DNA of 64,000 nt, taken from NCBI GenBank assembly GCA_963728405.1, contig CAVSJV010000007.1:305817-369816 (forward strand), given 5' to 3'. Origin of the DNA: Methanomassiliicoccaceae archaeon (GTDB lineage Archaea; Thermoplasmatota; Thermoplasmata; Methanomassiliicoccales; Methanomassiliicoccaceae). The notes beneath the pieces are model-generated. The model worked only from the letters and a program-made list of their open reading frames with translations, was not told the DNA's origin and did not search any database. Of the stretch, positions 22,971-34,106 are shown one piece after another. Numbering within the stretch: the first letter of the stretch is position 1; every line of letters starts with the position of its first letter. The translations under genes and the position numbers were made by a program.

Positions 22971-23164
22971 AAAGAGCCTCCTTACTGGCTTTCATTGTCG
23001 ATTATTAGGTAACCTGTTCTTTTAAAAATATTTCGCTGGCCAAGCCGAACTTCATATTGTCAGCGTGTCCAATCGACTGGCATCTGGGTAGCCCCGAAGC
23101 ACATGGTCAGGGGCGAATGGTTCGTGGGAACGGCGGGCCCGGTCAATGTCGCCTATATACCATG

Positions 23165-23324
23165 TAGATATTGTATTGAATTGCATCCATCGTTAGAGAA
23201 GGGCGCTGGTCGATCGCACCAAGACAGGGATCGATGCAAGGGACGAATCGATCCGCCCCAGGGGGCTCCGGCATGAACGATGCCGACCTAAGAATCCCAT
23301 GAACCTCATTCATGGGGGTGTCTA
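23165..23324 (+). mobile_element. Probable degraded IS200/IS605 right end (omega-RNA-like remnant)
   Basis: AAGAATCCCATGAA-cctca-TTCATGGGGGTGTC hairpin resembling IS605-family right ends, preceded by two more hairpins. Confidence 0.5.
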
Positions 23325-23552
23325 GAAGTTAACCGAAGCACTGACATTTTTGCATCCGACTCGCATCTTATGATCCACCGGTCGCCCCATCGCTCCTTCG
23401 GATGCGAGTCCAGAGATCACAAATGTGATGGGGAATGATTATGTGATATCAACCGGAAGTCCACACAACGAGGCTTTAAAGTTATAGAAATGATGAGGCG
23501 ACGAGAGGCAATGAAAGAACGGTAAGCCGCTCCCCCGCAAGCCGGTCAGCCC

Positions 23553-24062
23553 GTGGCCCCGGCAGGTCCAGCACCCATGGGAGGCCCGCAACGCTATACG
23601 ATGCGGGAGCAGATGTTCTCTATTGGAGACGATTTCTTCATCCAGAATGGAGCAGGTCAGAGGGTTTTCCGGATCGATGGGAAAGCCCTTCGGATACGCA
23701 ACACTCTTAAGTTCGATGACGTGCAAGGGCGGGAGCTGGCTGCGAACCAGGAAAGGAAGGCGGCCATCAAGGACACTATGACAATGGAGCGAAACGGTCA
23801 GCCTTATGCCGTGATCAAGAAAGCCATGATAACTCCCGTACGGGAGAGGTCCACCCTCAGCATGCCTGGAGGGGATATCGAGATCAAGGACAATATTGCG
23901 GACCACGAATATACCTTCGAGCGGAACGGACGCGTTGTGGCCGAGGTCGGTAAGCGTTGGCTCCGGATGAGGGATACTTACACCATTGATGTCCATCTCG
24001 GAGAAGATGATATCGTGATTCTGGCCGCGGCGGTCGCCATCGACAACATGGAGCATTCTTGA
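23553..24062 (+). CDS. LURP-one/Tubby-C-like protein
   Basis: FSIGDDFFI, IDGKALRIR, VAEVGKRW, RDTY. Confidence 0.85.
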   Translation: MAPAGPAPMGGPQRYTMREQMFSIGDDFFIQNGAGQRVFRIDGKALRIRNTLKFDDVQGRELAANQERKAAIKDTMTMERNGQPYAVIKKAMITPVRERSTLSMPGGDIEIKDNIADHEYTFERNGRVVAEVGKRWLRMRDTYTIDVHLGEDDIVILAAAVAIDNMEHS

Positions 24063-24408
24063 GCCCCCTAGATCTCGCAGGGCGGTGCCCCATCTCATTA
24101 GGTCGGGTCGCAATACTGATCGGGATATTGTGACTTTGATCGATACTGCCATGGTGACCCGCCCCCTTCAATAATTCTAGAATATATTCATCGGGACAGG
24201 AAACCCTCAAACGCTCCCCGATCGTAGGCATTAACGATGTTGAGTTAGAGTGCCCTCCAGATCAAAGCTCCGAAACCGCAGGCTCCCCGTGCTGGCCTGT
24301 AGCTATATATATGTGGCGGCTGGAAACACAATAACATGATGCGTGAGGGCTGGATGCGCCCCGAATCTGTGGAAGGGGCTTTGAAGGGGCTGGAAACGGG
24401 TTGCTAAG

Positions 24409-25458
24409 ATGAAAGCGATCACCGTTGAACCAAAGAAACCAGGGACCGCTCGACTGGAAGACATCCCCGAACCGGATCCGCGGAACGGCTCAGTGCTTGT
24501 GGAAGCCGTCGCCGTCGGAGTATGTGGGACCGATGTCGAGATCGTTGAGGGAAAATACGGCTGGGCACCTCCGGGGAAAACTAGGCTCGTGTTGGGGCAC
24601 GAATCGCTCGGCCGCGTGATCGATCCCGGGCCGGCAGCAGGGCTTAAAAAAGGGGATTTTGTGGTGGGAATCGTCCGGCGTCCCGATCCGATTCCCTGCT
24701 CGAACTGTGCGGTGGGGGAGTGGGACATGTGCCGCAACGGTCAGTACACCGAACGGGGCATAAAGCAGATCGACGGTTTCATGTCCGAGCGGTGGAGGAT
24801 CGAACCCGAGTACGCGATGAAAGTGGATCCGACACTGGGGATCCTCGGGGTGTTGCTTGAGCCGGCGACAGTGGTCGCTAAAGCGTGGGAGATGTTGAAG
24901 GCAGTAGGTCAGCGCTCATTCTGGGAGCCGCGGAATGTGCTCGTGACCGGCGCAGGGCCCATTGGCCTTCTCGCGGCCTTCGGCGGTGTGCTGAACGGAT
25001 TGGATGTTCATGTTCTGGATCGCGTCGCGTCGGGTCCCAAGCCCGATCTGGTGAAGGATCTCGGTGCTACTTATCACTCGACGACCGTTTCGAACTTAGG
25101 CTTCGAACCGGACATTATCATCGAGTGCACCGGTGTGGGGCAGGTCATCGCCGAATCCATTCACAAGGTGGCAGCTGGCGGCATCGTCTGCCTCACGGGT
25201 GTCGGTGCGGGTGGCCCGGCCCCTGCGGCAACCACGGCGGACACCGCAGCAGCGGCGGTGCTCAAAAATAACGTCATAATTGGAAGTGTGAATGCCAACA
25301 AGAGGCACTGGTACAAGGCAAGCGTGGCCCTGACCCACGCGGATCCAAGGTGGCTGGGGCGCCTAATAACTCGTCGAGAAAAACCGGAGAATTTCAAACG
25401 GGCCCTGGAGCGTGAACCCAATGATATCAAGGTCATCATTCAATTCTCTGACATTTGA
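24409..25458 (+). CDS. Zn-dependent glucose 1-dehydrogenase family (MDR)
   Basis: GVCGTD, LGHESLG, CxxC..WDMC, TERGI, GAGPIG, GSVNA. Confidence 0.85.
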   Translation: MKAITVEPKKPGTARLEDIPEPDPRNGSVLVEAVAVGVCGTDVEIVEGKYGWAPPGKTRLVLGHESLGRVIDPGPAAGLKKGDFVVGIVRRPDPIPCSNCAVGEWDMCRNGQYTERGIKQIDGFMSERWRIEPEYAMKVDPTLGILGVLLEPATVVAKAWEMLKAVGQRSFWEPRNVLVTGAGPIGLLAAFGGVLNGLDVHVLDRVASGPKPDLVKDLGATYHSTTVSNLGFEPDIIIECTGVGQVIAESIHKVAAGGIVCLTGVGAGGPAPAATTADTAAAAVLKNNVIIGSVNANKRHWYKASVALTHADPRWLGRLITRREKPENFKRALEREPNDIKVIIQFSDI

Positions 25459-27230
25459 TCAAAGAAATTCGCAAACACAAATGGGGGGATAACATCACGA
25501 AGACCATCATCGTAGGTGGAGTGGCGGGCGGGGCGTCGTGCGCGGCGCGCCTGCGCAGGTTGGATGAAAAGGCCGAGATCCTCATGGTGGAGCGCGGGCC
25601 ATATGTCTCGTACGCGAACTGCGGACTGCCCTATCACATAGGCGGCGTTATCGAAAAAGAATCAAGCCTCCTGGTAGCCGATGAGCGGACTTTCCGCGAG
25701 CAGTTCGCGATTGATGTACGCACCAATTGTGAGGCCGTTGCGATCTCGCCGCAAGAGAAGACCGTGCAACTGCGTGATGTGAAGACCGGTGAGGAAACCA
25801 CTCATTCTTACGATAAGTTGGTGCTGTCGCCCGGGGCGGGTTCGGTCCACCCGCCGTTGCCTGGGATAGACCTGCCTGGCATCTTTCACGTGAGGACGGT
25901 TCCGGACACCAAAAAGATCATTGAGTGGACCGAACGGGGCACCGAATTTCTTTCCGGTATGGAACATTATTCGGGATTCCAGGTCGTAAGGCCAAAGATC
26001 CGGGCGGTGATCGTCGGTGGAGGGTTCATCGGCCTGGAGACGGCTGAGAACCTGGTCCATCGAGGCTTCGAAGTAACCATCTTGGAAATGCTCGATCAGG
26101 TCCTGGTCTCGATAGATCGGGAAAATGCACGGGTGGTTGAGGCCTTCCTGAGGAGGCATGGTGTCCGTCTGGCGCTCGGCGATGCGGTGGCCGGGTTCAA
26201 ACAGGCTGCTAATGGCGCCATCGAAGTGGAGACTAAATCGGGAAAGACCTATCCGGCCGACGTGGTGATCCTCGCCCTCGGGGTGCGCCCTGATACCACC
26301 CTGGCTAAAAAGGCCGGATTGGCGATCGGCGAACGTGGGGGGATCCGGGTGGATGAACACATGTGCACGAGCGATCCGGACATCTTCGCCGTCGGCGACG
26401 CGGTCGAGGTGAAGGATTTCGTCACCGGCCAATGGAGCTTGATCCCGCTGGCGGGCCCCGCCAACCGGCAGGGCCGCATCGCCGCCGATGTCATCGCCGG
26501 GCGCGACTCCCGGTTCCGCGGCACCCAGGGCACCTCTATTATCGGCATGTTCGGCGCGGCAGTCGCCTGGACTGGCATCAGCGAGAAGATGCTGAAGCAG
26601 CTCGACGATACCGATTACGAGAAGGTCTACCTCTACCCGAATTCACACGCAGGGTATTATCCGGGGGCCATGCCGATCGCGATGAAGGTCATTTTCCGAA
26701 AATCCGACGGGCGTCTCCTGGGGGCGCAGGCGCTTGGCCAAGATAACGTGGATAAGCGGATAAGCGTTCTCGCGGCAATGATGCAATTGGGCGCAACGAT
26801 TTACGATCTTGAGGAAGCTGAACTATGCTATGCTCCCCAGTTCGGAAGCGCAAAAGATCCGGTGAACTTTGCCGGAATGGTCGCGGCCGATGTGCTCAGG
26901 GGCGATATGCCGCTCAGCCATTGGGATTCCGCCAAGGGCGAATTCCTTTTGGATGTACGCGAACCGGTAGAACTCGCCGTGGAGGGTCTGCCAGAAGCGC
27001 TTAATATTCCTTTGAGTCAGCTTCGTACGCGCCTCGACGAGCTTCCTCTTGATCGAGAGATACATGTCTATTGCCGCTCTGGCCAGCGTGCCTACTATGC
27101 GACGCGGGTCTTATTGCAGAACGGGTACGATGTCAAAAACATCTCGGGAGGGATGCTGTCGCTTGAGCACAATTATCTGCTAGATCCCGAAACGGCAGGG
27201 GCCTGGAAGCTCTCGAGGGAAAGACCATGA
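25455..27230 (+). CDS. CoA-disulfide reductase with C-terminal rhodanese domain
   Basis: GGVAGGA, SYANCGLPY, GGGFIG, YAPQF, LDVR, YCRSGQR. Confidence 0.9.
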   Translation: MIKEIRKHKWGDNITKTIIVGGVAGGASCAARLRRLDEKAEILMVERGPYVSYANCGLPYHIGGVIEKESSLLVADERTFREQFAIDVRTNCEAVAISPQEKTVQLRDVKTGEETTHSYDKLVLSPGAGSVHPPLPGIDLPGIFHVRTVPDTKKIIEWTERGTEFLSGMEHYSGFQVVRPKIRAVIVGGGFIGLETAENLVHRGFEVTILEMLDQVLVSIDRENARVVEAFLRRHGVRLALGDAVAGFKQAANGAIEVETKSGKTYPADVVILALGVRPDTTLAKKAGLAIGERGGIRVDEHMCTSDPDIFAVGDAVEVKDFVTGQWSLIPLAGPANRQGRIAADVIAGRDSRFRGTQGTSIIGMFGAAVAWTGISEKMLKQLDDTDYEKVYLYPNSHAGYYPGAMPIAMKVIFRKSDGRLLGAQALGQDNVDKRISVLAAMMQLGATIYDLEEAELCYAPQFGSAKDPVNFAGMVAADVLRGDMPLSHWDSAKGEFLLDVREPVELAVEGLPEALNIPLSQLRTRLDELPLDREIHVYCRSGQRAYYATRVLLQNGYDVKNISGGMLSLEHNYLLDPETAGAWKLSRERP

Positions 27231-27904
27231 CTGGAAAGGTCTTGACCCTGTCCTATCCCTTGAATCGGAGAACGCCGCTTTATCCGGGCACCGCTCCGGT
27301 CACGATAGAGACGGAGAGCTTCGCGGAGAAGGGCAGGGTGGCGATCACCTCGCAGATCACGATAAATAGCCATTCCGGGACCCACATCGACCTGCCCGCT
27401 CACTTTCTTCCAGATGGCCTCAAGGCAGACAAGCTCTTGGAACGGGAGATGGTGCTTGAGCCTGCCTATTTCCTCTCGCTTCCAAAAGATGAAGATCAGG
27501 AGGTCGGACCCGAGGGACTTGAGGGCATCGAGGAAATGGACGATGCCGAGGCCCTTCTCATCCGGACCGGGTTCGGCAAGTTCAGGGATGGGGCGAGAGA
27601 TACTTACATCGACAGGCATCCGTGGGTATCTCCCGAGCTTCCAAAGTTCCTCAGGAATTCGATGCCCCGTCTCCGGCTGTTCGGCATCGATGTTCTCTCC
27701 CTCGCCGTTCCACAAAGACCAGCAGAAGGCAGGGATGTCCACCTGGGTTTCCTCAGCAACGAACCGCCAACGATCATTATGGAGGACGTCGACCTTTCCG
27801 ACGAGTCGTTGTTAATGGGTAAGTGGAGGCTGCGCCTCTATCCGTGGATCCTCGACGAGATCGAGGGGTTGCCGGTGACGGTCCTGGCCGAGAGAATAGA
27901 ATGA
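27227..27904 (+). CDS. Cyclase/kynurenine formamidase family protein
   Basis: HSGTHIDLPAHF motif; LIRTG; GID. Confidence 0.85.
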   Translation: MTGKVLTLSYPLNRRTPLYPGTAPVTIETESFAEKGRVAITSQITINSHSGTHIDLPAHFLPDGLKADKLLEREMVLEPAYFLSLPKDEDQEVGPEGLEGIEEMDDAEALLIRTGFGKFRDGARDTYIDRHPWVSPELPKFLRNSMPRLRLFGIDVLSLAVPQRPAEGRDVHLGFLSNEPPTIIMEDVDLSDESLLMGKWRLRLYPWILDEIEGLPVTVLAERIE

Positions 27905-28645
27905 TGCTCGCGGCCAAAGCAATGGTGGCCACCACTGCGCCAGCTAGGGTCAGGATGACGATGGTCGGGCTCGAACCTTGGTTGACGGCGATGCCGACGA
28001 ACGCCCAGACGATTGCCAGCCCGTAGGCCACATCTCTTCTTGCGACCGCAACAAGGATCACGATGACGAGGGCGATCAGGATAATAAGGACGGCCCAGGT
28101 CTCCGAGCTTATGCCGAACCCGTCCCAATTCAGCGACACCAATGTGCTCGCCACGTTCGCAATAGAAGCGATGGTTATCCAGCCAAGGTAAACACTAAAA
28201 GGTAGATGGACGGCCAATCTCTCCCCCCAATCTGCCTTTGCTTTTCCAATGTCCAGGCGAGCATAGATCAGGATCAGCGTGGCCAGGAGCAGGAACATGA
28301 TGATGACGGACACGCTGAGGTATTCGTACTGCCAAGCGAAGAGCCACAGTATGTTCAGAGCGCCGCTCAGCACGAACAGCCAGCCGATCCGCCCCTGGAA
28401 CGGCTTCGTACGTTCGTAGGGTAAAGCCTGAAAGATCACGAACGCTCCCAGAAGGACATAGATCGCGCCCCAGATGGCGAACGCGTATCCTGCGGGCGTG
28501 ATGAGCGTTGTGTTCGCATGGGTATCTCTGCGGTGACCTTTCCCCCTATGAGGGCAGTACTACCTGCCAACCCATTAACGATCGCCGTCAGAACGAAGGC
28601 TAAGATATTGGCCCAGTTCAGCAAGCTAGCTTTCTTAGCCACCAT
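27777..28645 (-). CDS. TspO/tryptophan-rich sensory-like membrane protein, copy 1; frameshifted
   Basis: VNGLA, TPAGYAFAIWG, LNILWLFAWQY, PFSVYLGWITIA. Confidence 0.7.
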
Positions 28646-28741
28646 CTAGGTCCCCCGAACATATTTCGGCTCACGATATATAAAAAAATCATTAGTGTTG
28701 ATATGGGCCATGCAGGGCATTTACGGTCGCATGATGGCGAT

Positions 28742-28798
28742 CAGAATTGCCAATCCCGTGACCTCACGGTCTCGGGGGTTCAAATCCCCCCTTCGCGC
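28742..28798 (+). repeat. Direct repeat of the tRNA-Ser 3' half (att site)
   Basis: gtgacctcacggtctcgggggttcaaatcccccc-ttcgcgc matches 17161-17202 apart from one C in a homopolymer; anticodon arm degenerate. Confidence 0.92.
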
Positions 28799-28806
28799 TT
28801 TCATTT

Positions 28807-29060
28807 TCATCCAGTCACCTCGTTATCTGGCTTAATGACTGTGCTTTTCACATCTGGATAGCTCATTTTGCCCCTCCATAGTGCGTGAGCATCCCTTATC
28901 GCGACATCTTGTCGCATGCGGCCATAGCACATTTCCGTGGTCTTGGTCGTGGCGTGCCCCATCAATCGCGAGACCTTGCTCAGTTCTAAACCCTGATCGA
29001 TTTTCATTTGTGCGAAGGTTCTACACCATTTTCGGGGCATTCGATAATAATCTGTCTCAC
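28807..29060 (-). pseudogene. C-terminal remnant of a second integrase (island 2)
   Basis: CRTFAQMKIDQG..VSRLMGHATTKTTE.CY..GKMSYPD, clearly homologous to the 17.2 kb integrase. Confidence 0.8.
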
Positions 29061-29257
29061 ATCGGGACCAGAGCGAGGTGACGTGCAGCTTTGATGCCCC
29101 GCTCTCTGAGAACGCTTTGTGAACGCCCCACCTAGGTGTGAGCATGGTGGCTTGGATGGGGAGGAAACTGTTCTTTCGTCAGCCTTGTGATAGTTACGCC
29201 GCTTAATCGATCAGATATGGTCAAATAGGGCGACCTTGGTTTTTTCCCAGGGATTAC

Positions 29258-30968
29258 ATGGCCGATACAAAATGGACTCGTTTAAGGATATTGTCCATTG
29301 CTGTCGTCGCCATCCTCGTGATTGCTTCGTTCGGCATACTTTTAGCAGTAACTCCGAACGAGACGGTGAAGGCCCAGAGCACCAGCGTGCCCCCTGAGGT
29401 CTCCCAATATGCGAAGGACTGGCCGATGATGAACAAGGACTACAACAACACTCGGGCAACAAATGACTCAACGATAAATTCCGGCAATGTCAACTCTCTT
29501 GGAGTGGCATGGTCCTTCAATCTCTCTGCTGGCTTCGGCGCTTTCGGCGCTGCGACCAGCAACCCACTGATCCTCGGCAACATGGTGTTGCTTCAGGACG
29601 GGAAGGGAAATGTATACAACCTCGATCTGCAGACGGGCAATGTTAATTGGGTAAAGTACTACAACTCCTCGGCGATCGAGGGACCCAACGGGCCTGCTGT
29701 CGGTTATGGTAAAGTGTTCATTGCCAAGGACATTCACAACATCACCGCTCTCAACCTCAGCAATGGGGAAGAGATGTGGACGACCAACCTGTACGTGACC
29801 AGCACCACTGGCATAGACATCCAGCCCTACGTATATGATGGTAAGGTATACGTGGCCAGCGTCCCCGGGACCGGAGACGTCTTCTATGCACCAGGCGGCA
29901 TTGGCCTTATTTATGCCCTAGACCAGAACTCTGGCCAGGTCATATGGAACTTCACCACGGTCCAGAACAACGACCTGTGGGGTCATCCGGACGTCAATAG
30001 TGGTGGAGGCAGTTGGTATCCGCCGGCAATAGACACACAGACTGGACAGATGTACTGGTCATTAGCCAACCCCGCACCGTTCGCGGGAGCTCCTGGCTGG
30101 CCAAGCGGATCGAGCTTCAACCAGTCTGCCCTGTACTCAGATAGCCTGGTATCTCTGGACCACAACACTGGTGAGATGAAGTGGTACAATCAGCTGCTGG
30201 CCCATGATATATGGGACCACGATCTGCAACTGTCGCCCATACTGGCCACCGCTAATATCAGCAACACCCAGCAAGACATCGTGATAACTGGCGGTAAGAT
30301 GGGTAATGTGTACGCGGTCAACCGCGATACCGGTAACCTGCTGTGGACCGTGCCTGTCGGCACGCATGAGAACGACCTCCTAGACCCCCTAGCGGGCCCG
30401 ACATGGGTCCTTCCGGCCGCCTTTGGAGGAATCGAGACGCCCATGGCCTATGCCAATGGCATCGCTTACGCCGCGGTGGTCAACAAGGGCATGGAGTACA
30501 CACCGACCGGCCTAAACACGACCGGGGTCTTTGACTTCAGCAACTCGACCGGAGAGCTAGTGGCGATAGACGTGAACTTCGGGCACATCCTCTGGAACTG
30601 TGACCTTACCCTCGCCTAACTTCGGGGGAGCGACCGTGGTCAACGACGTGGTATTCACCGCGACCTACGATGGCACGATCTACGGTTTCAACGCCACCAC
30701 CGGTAAGCAGCTGTTCCAGTACAAGGCTTCGGCAGGCATAAACGCCTGGCCCGCTGTCGCTGGAGATACAATCATCTGGCCCGCAGGCAATGGGCTCAAT
30801 GCCAGCCTGGTAGCCCTGCGGGTGGGAGGCGGTAACACGACCGTTTCCCCGAGCAGCACTGGCACCACGGGCAACACCACGGGCAACACCACAGGCGCCT
30901 CGGTGCTTCAAGTGGCAGTCCAGCCGGTAACGTCACGGGAACTGATGTCGACAGCCGATCGGAGATGA
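29258..30968 (+). CDS. Membrane-anchored PQQ-type beta-propeller protein; frameshift near 30600
   Basis: N-terminal TM, DWPM, repeated ALD..TG...W blades, GGGSW, HDIWDHD; GNTT repeats in the tail. Confidence 0.8.
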
Positions 30969-31193
30969 GAAATCTTTTCCTTCTTTTTTTATTTTTTAAA
31001 TGCCTAATCGATCTATTTCGTGTAACAGGGGGTCATTGCCAAGTTCTATGAATCAAACGGCCCCACTAAACCTTTACGACCGCATCCCGACCCCATACGC
31101 GAAGAAAATAAAAAACGGTCGGACCGGGGGTTTTTCGAGACTTCTGGGTGATTGGTTTATACATTGGTGATTCTCGTGGAATATTCACCGAGC

Positions 31194-32766
31194 ATGGACG
31201 CGAGAATAGACCCCGCCGTTAAGGTCGGCAATGGGCCCGATCAAAAGATCGATCGAGATGCAGAGGTCGGGCGCTCAAGGACCTCGGGGAAGGTAGGGAT
31301 CGGTTATCCGACCGTGGTCCTTCTGACCGTCACCGTCGCCGTCCTGCTCATCAACTACGTTGAGACCATGGTCATTCCCGGAGTTCCAGAGATCCAAAAG
31401 GAATTAGCAGCCAGCTCTACTGTGGCCTCCTGGATCACCTCAGCGTTCCTGATAGTAGGGGCGGCCGTAGCGCCCTTGTTCGGACGGCTCGGCGATATCT
31501 ATGGGAAGAAGAGGATGCTCCTCATCGTCCTGCTCTTTTATGTGGTCGGCGTCGGTCTGGCCGGTTTTGCCCCCACGATGTTGATCTGTTGGTCTCTAGG
31601 GCGATACAAGGGGTGGGTTTTGCGGTCCTGCCGCTCGGCATCGCCATGGTCGCCGACTGCTTCCCCAAAGAGAAAGTAGCCACCGCCCAAGGTATCATCA
31701 GCGGCACAGTGGCCATAGGGGCTGCCGCTGGGCTGGTGATCGGCTCCTACATAGTCGAGGACCTTGGGTGGCAATGGGGCGTTCCATACGGCACTGGTCC
31801 TAAGCATTTTCCTGCTATTGGTAACGGCAAAGGTCCTACGGCCAGATGTACCGGGCAAACGGCAGAAGATGGATTATCTAGGCACCCTGATCTTGATGAG
31901 TGGGGTCACCCTGATACTCATCTACCTCACCGAAGGGCCGTCCTTGGGATGACATCACTGGAAAACCTCGCCTTCCTGGTCCCTGGCCTGATACTGTCCA
32001 TCTACTTCTTCAGGTTCGAGAGCCGAAGAGCGAGCCCCTTGATACGACTGGACCTCCTCCGTATCCGGAACATGCTCAGGTGGCCAACTTGGTCGGTATC
32101 GTGGCGGGTCTCGCCATGTTCCTACTGTTCTTTGCGGTGGTCTATTACGCCCAGCAGCCAAAGCCGTTCGGGTTGGGGCTCGACATCATATCGACGGGCT
32201 TGGCGCTGGCCCCGGCTACCTTGGCCATGCTGATCATGGGTCCCCTTCTGGGCAGATATGTTACTCGCTGGGGGCCCCAACCGATCCTGGTCCTTGGCTC
32301 CATCTTCCTGGCATTGGGATTCTGGCTTTTGATCGTGAATCGGTCCACCACTTTGGACCTGACCATTGATATTGTGATCTCTTTCGTCGGCATCGTGGCC
32401 ATGATCATTCCGATCGTCAACATGATCTCTGTATCCCTGCCCTCTGACAGTATGGCGGTCGGTTTAGGTATCAACAGCATGCTTAGGAGTCTGGGTGGGG
32501 CGGTCGGCCCTGTTCTGGCGACGACAATAATGGCATCCTACCTGGTGCCATTGGTATTGCTGGTTGGAAACCAACCGGTGGTGGTGGGAGAGTTCCCGTC
32601 GTCAATGGCGTTCGATCTGATCTTTACCTCGGGGGTCGTCCTGGCAGCGATCGTCGGTGTTCTGAGCTTAACGATTCACAATTACACCTTCACGCCGGGG
32701 GCCATGGACCGAACCGGTGAGCGGGGCAAGAAGGAGACCATCGCCGACCCATCGACCAAACCCTGA
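31194..32766 (+). CDS. MFS drug-efflux-type transporter, several frameshifts
   Basis: GRLGDIYGKKR motif A, RAIQGVG, RSLGGAVG. Confidence 0.8.
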
Positions 32767-33057
32767 TCACTTACTGACCGATCGAAAATTGGGACCATGG
32801 GCCGCATGAGGGCGAGAGTAGCTCCGTGCCTATTTTTCCCGACCTCTATCATCATCGGACTTATCATTGACGGGGATACCCGCCGTCTATGATACCTGCT
32901 TTTACAAAGGCTATGAGGTCTGCATAAGAACATTGGACCGGGTCCCGCTGAAAAGATGCCGATGAGCATGTTCAAGCGATCCAGTGGACCTTTGGGGCAA
33001 GACGGCCCCGGTCGTTGGGAAAATCGTTATCCGGGATGAATAGGCTCTACAAAGATG

Positions 33058-33590
33058 TCAGATGGGGCCCCTGCCCATATGCCTCGGTCGAACGTAGAGG
33101 AAGACCATCACTAAGGAGATCACGACCACTGCCGCGCAGACGAGCATGAGCATAGCAATGGTCTGGTTCGAACCTTGGTTGACACTGATCCCTACGAACG
33201 CCCAGATGATTGCCAGCCCGTAGGCCACATATCTTCTTGTGACCGCCACGAGGATCGCGATGACGAGGGCGACCATGATGATCAGAACGGCCCAGGTCTC
33301 CGGACCTATGTCGAAGCCATCCCAGTTCAGGGACACCAGTGTGGCCGACACATCAGCGATAGTGGCGATAGCTACCCAGCTGAGGTAGACGCTGAACGGC
33401 AGGTGGACGGCCAATCTCTCCGCGAGTTTCGCCTTGGACCGCCCGATGTCCAGTCGGAGGTAGATCCGGATCGGAGATATCAGATGCAGGAAGATCAGGA
33501 CGACCGACGCGGCGAGGTACTCGTAGTGCCAGGCGAAGATCCACATGATGTTGAACCCACTGCTAAGGATGAACAACCATCCGATCCGTC
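33058..33590 (-). pseudogene. TspO-like membrane protein, copy 2; lacks the N-terminus
   Basis: High DNA similarity to 27900-28390. Confidence 0.7.
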
Positions 33591-34106
33591 ACCGCCTACT
33601 CCTTGGATCCCTTGTGCAGGGTGAGCGTCAGAATCCTGGCATTCTTGGGGTCCCCAATCCCCCATCACATCACGGAAGTGCTGTCGGCTCTTGTGCCGCT
33701 ACTTGTCCGCGTAGTAAGGACACATGCGGTCATAGCGGTGACCGCATCCGAGGATGAGCTCGACCGGTCTGCTGCTGGTCGCACGCTTCAGGCAGATGCT
33801 CTTGACGTTGATGCACCACCACTAACATCGAGGACCCATTCTCAGCGAACATGCCGTGGGACTCCCGGGGTTAGTTCACCCACCTTTTTACGGGAACAAG
33901 TGAAGTACGGCTGGCCGTGCAATCGAATAGAGATAGACGTTGCCTACCGCGTTCGGTTACCTTGAGCAGCTCCCCCGCTAACCTTTTAAAAAAGAAAGAG
34001 GAAGGGGTTTATGCTTGAAACCTATGATCGGATCAAGAAAATAAATGTCGGGATTGGCCGTGGCACTGGGGCCCCCTATGGTCTGATAAGGAATTTGGTC
34101 GGATGC

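Larger units (their letters stand above)
17205..28798. mobile_element. Integrated island 1 at tRNA-Ser (~11.6 kb)
   Basis: Integrase remnant convergent on the tRNA; tRNA 3' half repeated at 28742-28798. Confidence 0.85.
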
